From Candidatus Aenigmatarchaeota archaeon (GTDB lineage: Archaea; Aenigmatarchaeota; Aenigmatarchaeia; CG10238-14; SpSt-28), in contig JAWBMD010000005.1 in NCBI GenBank assembly GCA_039000985.1, forward strand, positions 1-55,520: a DNA stretch of 55,520 nt, given 5' to 3'. Below the pieces are notes generated by a model. That model searched no databases, was not told the origin of the DNA, and saw nothing but the letters and a program-made list of their open reading frames with translations. The translations under genes and the position numbers were made by a program. Below, in pieces: positions 36,921 through 43,810 of this stretch; position 1 is the first letter of the stretch, and each line of letters opens with the position of its first letter.

Positions 36921-38299
36921 GTTTACCTGTCGATCCTGTTGGTTCCTCAAAAATAAAATATAAGGAAAAGCTAGAAAGGGATAAAAATAAAGCAAATAAC
37001 ATTTTTCTACCATATCAAACTGATGAAGGCAAAATTTCATTACTTCAAATACCTTTTTTTGAGATAGAGGTTTTAGAATATGGTCCTAGATCCGATAGTC
37101 CAGTTTTAAAAAGTGGTTCATTACCCAACAAAGGAATGGGAGCACCTTCAATAGGTACTGGAGGTACAGGTATTTCTCAACCATCAGATTCAGGCGAAAT
37201 CTCTTTACCAGGTTCTGGTCTTCCAGGCTCACCACTTTATCCAGTAGAAGACGAAGGAGAAGGAGAGGGGAAGTTAGCTGGTGTTATACCAATGGATCCC
37301 ATAACAGGAAAACCTATTGAAGAAACAGTTAATATTGATGAGATAGCAAAGGAATTGGAACTTGAATTAATAAAGCCAGGTAAGATAGAAACTGAGTATG
37401 ATATAGAATTCCCATCTGTTGGAAAATCTGGTCCAGAAAATTTATTAGATTGGGATACTACGGTTATGTCATCTATAGAAAGACAAATGTTATTTAAAAT
37501 TATTTTGGATAAAAGAATTACTGAATTAAATGAAAAGAGAAAGGAATTAGAAGTAAAGTATAAGAATAAAGAAATAAGTGATGTAGATTATTCTATAGAA
37601 ATAGATAAGATAGAAAAAGCAGAGAAAAACTTGAAAGCATTATTAAAATATCCATTAGAAAATCCATTTAGGATTAAATCAATAGAAAAAGAAGATGAGA
37701 GATATATATTACCTGAATTTATACCTTTAGAACATAAAAGTTGTGTAATAATGTTTATTAGAGATATAAGTGGTAGTATAACTTTAGATCAATTAAAGGC
37801 ATCTTCAAAATTAAGTAGTTGGATAGAAGAATGGGTAAAAAAGTTTTATGAAAATACAAAATTAATATACATTCTCCATAACTACGATGCTTGGGAGGTT
37901 GAAAGAGAAGATTATTATGGTGTAGTTGAAAGTGGTGGCGGTACTAGATTTTCTTCGGCATATGAAATAGTTTTAAAGATTTTTATGGGAGAAAAATATA
38001 GTAGTAAAGCTAAGGAAATAAAGAAAATTAATCCAGATATAATTGATGTTTACATTGTTCAAATAACCGATGGTTTTGGACAATCTAACGAAGAAGAAGT
38101 AAAACCACTTAAAGAAATAATGCCAAAAATAACAAGATTCTGCTATGTACAAGAAGAACAAGGTGGTTATATATCAGAATATAAAGAATATCTTGAAAAG
38201 CTATTTGGGAAAGAAAAATTAAGAACAACATCTCTTAAGGGATATGAGGATGAAGATATAAAAAATGCTATGAGAGATTTATTTGGTAAAAGAAAATGA
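36917..38299 (+). CDS. DUF444 (YeaH/YhbH)-family protein with vWA-like domain
   Basis: It has a G/P/S-rich acidic tract (GMGAPSIGTGGTGISQPSDSGE...EDEGEGEG), a MIDAS-like IRDISGSI, and ITDGFGQSN. 4-nt overlap with the upstream gene. Confidence 0.75.
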   Translation: MSLPVDPVGSSKIKYKEKLERDKNKANNIFLPYQTDEGKISLLQIPFFEIEVLEYGPRSDSPVLKSGSLPNKGMGAPSIGTGGTGISQPSDSGEISLPGSGLPGSPLYPVEDEGEGEGKLAGVIPMDPITGKPIEETVNIDEIAKELELELIKPGKIETEYDIEFPSVGKSGPENLLDWDTTVMSSIERQMLFKIILDKRITELNEKRKELEVKYKNKEISDVDYSIEIDKIEKAEKNLKALLKYPLENPFRIKSIEKEDERYILPEFIPLEHKSCVIMFIRDISGSITLDQLKASSKLSSWIEEWVKKFYENTKLIYILHNYDAWEVEREDYYGVVESGGGTRFSSAYEIVLKIFMGEKYSSKAKEIKKINPDIIDVYIVQITDGFGQSNEEEVKPLKEIMPKITRFCYVQEEQGGYISEYKEYLEKLFGKEKLRTTSLKGYEDEDIKNAMRDLFGKRK

Positions 38300-39909
38300 A
38301 AACAAGAGTTTTTTCTGGTTATAAATTGGATGAATATTGGACAGAGATAGCCCAGAATATAGCTGAAAAAATGGAAAATAAATATAAATTGGATTTACCA
38401 AACATAGATTATTATTTTATTTCCTTAGATGAAATGGCATCCATAAAAGCTACACATGGATGGATTGTTTTTCCACATTCCTGGGAAGAAGGGCAATCAT
38501 ATTATCTGAATAAAATGATACAAAAATTGTATGGAGAAAGTGTTTTTGAGATAGTGGTTAATAGTTATGATGAGATAAGGAATACATCAGTAACTGCATA
38601 TATTAACAAAAGTATTAGTGATTCTGCTAAAAAACTTGTTATTGCACATGTATTGGGTCACGCGTATCTCTTTAAACATAATAATATTGAAAAGAAGTTT
38701 GAGGTAAACGATCCGGAATCATTTTTATATAGACTATCTCAAAAGATAAATAGATATGAGTATTTGTATGGAATAGAGGAAGTACAAGATTTTATAGAAA
38801 CTATAAAACATCTTTCAACACTAATAGATTTCTATCCACCTATAGAAGTAAAAGATGAGAGTAAAAAAGAAAGGAAGAAAATTATTGAAAAAATCCTAAC
38901 TAAAGAAATGTTTAAAAAGAAGATACCTGAGAAAAATGAATATGATATACTAGGTTTTCTAGCAAATTATGCTCCATTAGAAGATTGGCAAAAAGATTTA
39001 TTACTTGATTACAGGGAGTTATTCTATTTTTTATATTCTAGAGCTAGAATAAAGATTTTACATGAAGGATTTTCATCTTTAATAGAACTTTTATATTTTT
39101 TAGAATCTACTGAAGAAGAATTACCACTAAAGGAATGGATACCCTACTCTAGATTAATGGTATCGCTTAGAAGAGAAGTGCCAATAGGATCTTCAACAAT
39201 AAAAGAAGGATTTGACCCATATTTTTTAGGTTATTATTTATTGCTTTATGGATTAATAAAGTTAACTTTTAAAGAATATGGTGAAATACCTAAAAAGAAG
39301 TGGTATGAAAGAATAAGAAGAGAAGATTTTATAGATATTATTGAAAAGCCCGAATTCTTAGAAGCATGGGAAGAAGTTTTGGAGAAAGTAAAAGCATATG
39401 ACGATTTTCTATTAATAAAAGAGCTTTTTGATGAAGAGTTCTTCAACTCTATAGCTAGGAAATATTATTTTGTTTATGAGGGAGAAAATTATCCATGGAA
39501 CAAAAAAATAGTTGTTTCAAGAAGTTATGAAGATGTTTATAAAACTTTCCTTTTTTCTTCATTTAACATGAAATTACCTAGAGTTTACATACCAGAGGAT
39601 GGGGGCATGTATAATAAAAAAGAGAATGAAAAACTTGGTGAACTTTTGTTAATTCAAGATACATCATTCCCAGAAAGTTTAGGTATATCTAAGCAACAAT
39701 TAACTTTGGATGAAAGAAAGGAGAAGGAGGTTTTAAAAGCTTTGTTTAAGATATGGAAAAAGCCAGTTAATCTTAAAACATTTACAGTAGAGTTTGAATA
39801 TACTCCATTAGATCCATTTGATCCATCTTCACTCGAGGAAGCAAATGGAAAAATTAAAGAAATAATAGATAGATACGATGGCGAAAGTTTTAAAACAATT
39901 AATGTATAA
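38296..39909 (+). CDS. spoVR: SpoVR/YcgB-family protein
   Basis: 537 aa with VIAHVLGHAYLFKHNN and LHEGFSSLIE. 4-nt overlap with the upstream gene. Confidence 0.75.
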   Translation: MKTRVFSGYKLDEYWTEIAQNIAEKMENKYKLDLPNIDYYFISLDEMASIKATHGWIVFPHSWEEGQSYYLNKMIQKLYGESVFEIVVNSYDEIRNTSVTAYINKSISDSAKKLVIAHVLGHAYLFKHNNIEKKFEVNDPESFLYRLSQKINRYEYLYGIEEVQDFIETIKHLSTLIDFYPPIEVKDESKKERKKIIEKILTKEMFKKKIPEKNEYDILGFLANYAPLEDWQKDLLLDYRELFYFLYSRARIKILHEGFSSLIELLYFLESTEEELPLKEWIPYSRLMVSLRREVPIGSSTIKEGFDPYFLGYYLLLYGLIKLTFKEYGEIPKKKWYERIRREDFIDIIEKPEFLEAWEEVLEKVKAYDDFLLIKELFDEEFFNSIARKYYFVYEGENYPWNKKIVVSRSYEDVYKTFLFSSFNMKLPRVYIPEDGGMYNKKENEKLGELLLIQDTSFPESLGISKQQLTLDERKEKEVLKALFKIWKKPVNLKTFTVEFEYTPLDPFDPSSLEEANGKIKEIIDRYDGESFKTINV

Positions 39910-39933
39910 AAATAAGAATTCTATTTTAATTTT

Positions 39934-40266
39934 ATGGAGTATATAGAAGATAAAAAATATATAAGGAGAAAATCAATTGATACTTTTGTAAACGAGAGAA
40001 AAGATTATTTGTTAGATATACTAAAAAAAGAAAGTGGTAGAAATATTTATCTTTTACTTCAAGCGACATTAATGGAATCAAGAGAAGGAAGAGATATTTT
40101 TCAGACAGATTACGCACTATTTTCATTTGAGAATGATGATAAAGCCAAGAAGTATGTTAGTGAAAACTATAAAATAGTCTATGGTAAGAATAAGATAGGA
40201 TTAGTCAGATTAGCTTTAACAAGTTCTGGAGATTTGGATTATATACCAATATTATATAGCGATTGA
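39934..40266 (+). CDS. Hypothetical 110-aa protein trailing the SpoVR gene
   Basis: ORF 24 nt downstream of spoVR on the same strand. The opposite-strand ORF 39932..40126 is low-complexity. No recognised family. Confidence 0.45.
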   Translation: MEYIEDKKYIRRKSIDTFVNERKDYLLDILKKESGRNIYLLLQATLMESREGRDIFQTDYALFSFENDDKAKKYVSENYKIVYGKNKIGLVRLALTSSGDLDYIPILYSD

Positions 40267-40292
40267 TAACCAAATTTTTCTATTTTTTCTAG

Positions 40293-40646
40293 CTATTGAT
40301 TACCTTCATCAACGATCATTACTTTTACTTTAATTGGTTTAATATACTTTAAAATTCTTGTAATTTTACAAACATTTTTTAATGAATCTGTATCAAATCC
40401 ATATATTTCCGGTTTTCCCCACCAGATAAGCCAGCATTTAAATCCATAAAATTTTATTGATTTCATTTTTGAAGTAAATTTATAAAAATTCCTATTCATT
40501 TGCTGGAAAATTTTTTATTTCCTTTGTTATCTTGTATTTTAGATAGACGGCTATTGTTAATGCTATTGTAGTTTTTCCGCAACCATTCTGTTCCAATATA
40601 AAAACTTTTTCACTTTTTTCTACATGTGGGTTTTTTATTTCAAGAA
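40293..40646 (-). pseudogene. Relic of a small P-loop NTPase (ParA/MinD-like?)
   Basis: The piece directly after the FKBP stop has no ATG and reads ...KVFILEQNGCGKTTIALTIAVYL...NFPANE-stop. After a frame shift comes the 68-aa ORF 40293..40499, with IYGFDTD and KVKVMIVDEG (Walker B-like). Confidence 0.4.
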
Positions 40647-41228
40647 TTAGTAGTTTAAAATTATTTTTATTTTTTCTAAACCTAAAGCTGCTTTTATTTT
40701 ATTTAAAAATTCTTTAGTTATTTCCAAATTTCTTTGAGTTTTCAATTCTATTTTTAACAAATTATTTTCTATTTCAAATTGCTCAACATCATCTTTTATA
40801 TTTTTTATATTAAAAATTTCTTCTAAGATTTCTTTTTTATCTGTTAGTATTTTTTCTAATATTAACTTGGCTTTTAAAATCTTTCCAGCATATGGATGAT
40901 TAAAATCTATTTGAACTCTTCCTCCACTAACACTTTTTATTATACCAAAATAATTACCAATTTTAACATATTTTCCAACAGATAAATCATTTTCATTTAT
41001 ATCTAATTCAGAAGTTCTAAATATTTCAACAAGCTTTTCATTTCTTTCACCAAATATTTTATCAATTACTTCTATTTCTTTGTTATTTTCATTTATTTTT
41101 GTGCATTCTTTTATTAAGCTTTTTGGTATTCCATCTGGTTCATAAAGTTCTTCATTTATAAAAATTAGTTTTTCTCTAGCTATTTCTGTTTCATCATCAA
41201 ATATTATGCATTCAATTTTTTTCACCAT
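40647..41228 (-). CDS. FKBP-type peptidyl-prolyl isomerase, SlyD-like
   Basis: FGERNEKLVEIF...LSVGKYVKIGNYFGIIKSVSGGRVQIDFNHPYAGKILKAKLILEKI aligns with the SlyD IF-domain/C-terminal FKBP region (VDGNHMLAGQNLKF). Confidence 0.6.
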   Translation of the reverse strand: MVKKIECIIFDDETEIAREKLIFINEELYEPDGIPKSLIKECTKINENNKEIEVIDKIFGERNEKLVEIFRTSELDINENDLSVGKYVKIGNYFGIIKSVSGGRVQIDFNHPYAGKILKAKLILEKILTDKKEILEEIFNIKNIKDDVEQFEIENNLLKIELKTQRNLEITKEFLNKIKAALGLEKIKIILNY

Positions 41229-41234
41229 AAATAT

Positions 41235-41981
41235 TTAGAGGAAGATTTCCTTTATAAATTCTTTTTCTATTATTGTAACAAAAGGTTCTGTTCCATATAA
41301 CGAGGTAGAATTTATTGTTAATACTTTTTTCTCATGCTCATAAAATATACCATTTATTGCTTTATATGGTTCATGACTTCTTATTATTTTTTCAACATTA
41401 AGTCTTTTGCAAATAGTTTCTGTAACATCTTTTCCAAAAAGTACTCCAGCTCCTCTTGGATTTGGTTGCTCACCATTGCCATCAAATGGATCACTCCACA
41501 AAATATCTTCTTCTATTTTTTCTTCTGGGTTAGAAAGATTATTTCTATTTTTTATTTTTAATGAAACACCACCATGTACTAGCAAAAATTTATTGTTTAA
41601 AATAGCAGAAATATGTAGTTTGTTAATAAAATTAATTAAAAAATTGTTGAAGTATTCATTCCAATTACCTCTTTTTATTTCTACTTCATTTATTAAATCG
41701 CAAGGTGAAAAATTTGGTATGCCATTTTTTGAATAGCTTTCATGATTTCCTTTCAATGCAATAATGTTTTTGTTTTTTTCTATTAATTCATTAATTTTTT
41801 CTATAATTTCTACTCCATGTTCTCCTCTATCAGCATAGTCTCCAAGAAAAATTATTACAACATCTTTTCTAATCAATTTAATTATTTTTGAAAATGTTTT
41901 ATAATCACCATGTAAATCTCCAATAATAAAACATTTATCACATTCTATTTCCACCAATTTACCATTTTTTTCAATTAACAC
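41235..41981 (-). CDS. PPP-family Ser/Thr protein phosphatase
   Basis: IIGDLHGDY, FLGDYADRGEHG, LKGNHES, LLVHGG, ILWSDP and IIRSHE. Confidence 0.85.
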   Translation of the reverse strand: MLIEKNGKLVEIECDKCFIIGDLHGDYKTFSKIIKLIRKDVVIIFLGDYADRGEHGVEIIEKINELIEKNKNIIALKGNHESYSKNGIPNFSPCDLINEVEIKRGNWNEYFNNFLINFINKLHISAILNNKFLLVHGGVSLKIKNRNNLSNPEEKIEEDILWSDPFDGNGEQPNPRGAGVLFGKDVTETICKRLNVEKIIRSHEPYKAINGIFYEHEKKVLTINSTSLYGTEPFVTIIEKEFIKEIFL

Positions 41982-41991
41982 AATATTAATT

Positions 41992-42432
41992 ATGAGGAAA
42001 ATTATTTACATCAAATTTTTACTTTACTATATTTTAGTTGTTTTATTAGTTTCTTTATCCACAATAGTTTTGCATGAAATTGGTCATTTTATTTTTGGTT
42101 TAATTTCTAAATGTAGTGAGATAAAAGTTGTTTTAATAGATCAAACTATGTATGGGAGCTATACAGAAATGAGATGTCCTCCAACAACAAACACAATCAT
42201 TTTAGGCTTAAGCGGATTTTTCATAGTTTTACCTATTTCTTTTCTTTATTTATTTCGTTTCAAAAACTTTGAAAGATATGTTGGTTTATTAATTTTTGGA
42301 TTCAATTTAATAATTTCTGTAGATGATTTTAACAAATATTTAAAAATTCCATTTGCAGAAATTTTTTCTATTTTTGGAATTATTTTAGTTATGATAGGAG
42401 AATATAAAATGATAAAAAGTGTAGTAGATTGA
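41992..42432 (+). CDS. Small polytopic membrane protein with HExxH motif (putative zincin-like)
   Basis: 146 aa. VLHEIGHFIFG sits at the end of the first TM helix, followed by 3-4 more helices. Confidence 0.5.
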   Translation: MRKIIYIKFLLYYILVVLLVSLSTIVLHEIGHFIFGLISKCSEIKVVLIDQTMYGSYTEMRCPPTTNTIILGLSGFFIVLPISFLYLFRFKNFERYVGLLIFGFNLIISVDDFNKYLKIPFAEIFSIFGIILVMIGEYKMIKSVVD

Positions 42433-42435
42433 ATT

Positions 42436-43344
42436 ATGGAGTTTAAACCAAGTTATCTTAATTTGATTGAAACTGGTGAGCTTGAGAAAAAAATAAAGGA
42501 ATTATATTCTATACTAGAGTGTTGTGAGCTTTGCCCAAGGAAATGCCATGTAAATAGATTAAAAGGTGAAAAAGGTTTTTGTAGATCTGGTAGTGAATTA
42601 ATGATTTCAAGTTTTGGTCCACATTTTGGTGAAGAGCCAGAGTTAGTAGGTATCCATGGCTCTGGCACAATATTTCTTACAAATTGTAATTTGCTTTGTG
42701 TTTATTGCCAGAATTATGAAATAAGTCATTTAGGTGAAGGAAGAGAAGTAAGTTTGGAGGAAGCTGCTGGAATGATGCTTACATTGCAAAAAATTGGTTG
42801 TCATAATATTAATTTAGTCACACCAACCCATTTTGCACCCCAATTAGTAAAAGCAATAAAAATTGCAGCTGAAAAAGGATTAAAATTACCGATAGTTTGG
42901 AATTGTAGTGGTTATGAGAATGTTGATGTTATAAAAATTTTAGAAGGAGTAGTTGATATTTACATGCCAGACATAAAATATAGTAATAGCGAATCTGCAA
43001 GAAAATATTCAAGAGCTCCAGATTATTTCGAAAGATGTAAGGAAGCTGTTAAAGAAATGCATAGACAAGTTGGGGATTTAAAAGTTGACGAAAGAGGAAT
43101 TGCTTATCGTGGTTTAATTATTAGACATTTGGTTTTACCAAATGATTTAGCTGGTTCTGAAAAAATTTTGGAGTTTATTGCCAGTCTTTCAAAAGATAAT
43201 TATGTTAATATCATGGATCAATACATGCCATGCTGGAAAGCCTTTGAATTTAAAGAGCTAAGTAGATCAATAACAGCAAGTGAATATTTAAAAATTATTA
43301 AAATTGCTAAAAAGCTAGGTTTACATAGAGGTTTTAATTATTAA
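42436..43344 (+). CDS. Radical SAM enzyme, PflX-type (PFL-activase homolog)
   Basis: CNLLCVYCQN is a Cx3Cx2C cluster. There is an N-terminal Cys cluster, CCELCPRKCHVNR...FCR. 302 aa. Confidence 0.8.
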   Translation: MEFKPSYLNLIETGELEKKIKELYSILECCELCPRKCHVNRLKGEKGFCRSGSELMISSFGPHFGEEPELVGIHGSGTIFLTNCNLLCVYCQNYEISHLGEGREVSLEEAAGMMLTLQKIGCHNINLVTPTHFAPQLVKAIKIAAEKGLKLPIVWNCSGYENVDVIKILEGVVDIYMPDIKYSNSESARKYSRAPDYFERCKEAVKEMHRQVGDLKVDERGIAYRGLIIRHLVLPNDLAGSEKILEFIASLSKDNYVNIMDQYMPCWKAFEFKELSRSITASEYLKIIKIAKKLGLHRGFNY

Positions 43345-43721
43345 TGACGGGTCCTGGAGAAGGGAAATTGCTTTTGAATGGAGCTAAAGTTTATTTAAAT
43401 AATGAGAAAATTCCTGCTGAAGTTTATATTCATGTTAAAGGTTATTCACTTGCAAGAGTTACTCATTTAGATATTGAGCATGAAAAATCGAATTCTATTA
43501 TAGAGGCTGAAAAAGGAGGATTTTTTACTATTTATGGTATTGAGAAAGGCATTAAAATTGATTTTGGTAAAAAATTTGTTTTAGTTATTTATGATTTTCT
43601 TTCAAAAGTTTTAAGTAAAGGAGAAAAAATTAGAGCATGGGTTGGTGGTATTTATATTGGTTTTAGAAAAGAGCAAATTGTTAAGCTTGAAAAAATTGCA
43701 AAGGAAAAATTTAATTTTTAG
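43344..43721 (+). CDS. Hypothetical 125-aa protein coupled to the radical SAM gene
   Basis: TAATG overlap with the upstream stop. No recognised family. Confidence 0.45.
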   Translation: MTGPGEGKLLLNGAKVYLNNEKIPAEVYIHVKGYSLARVTHLDIEHEKSNSIIEAEKGGFFTIYGIEKGIKIDFGKKFVLVIYDFLSKVLSKGEKIRAWVGGIYIGFRKEQIVKLEKIAKEKFNF

Positions 43722-43810
43722 TTTTTTATTTTAAATGTGTAGAAAATAGTAAATTTATTATATCGTGCTATAAAACTTAATTTAAGTACGGTAATATTAA
43801 ATTATATTAT

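Noticed and set aside
39932-40126. 64-aa minus-strand ORF opposite 39934..40266
   Set aside because: It is shorter and low-complexity (L/F/Y-rich). The plus-strand ORF is longer and co-oriented with the upstream operon.
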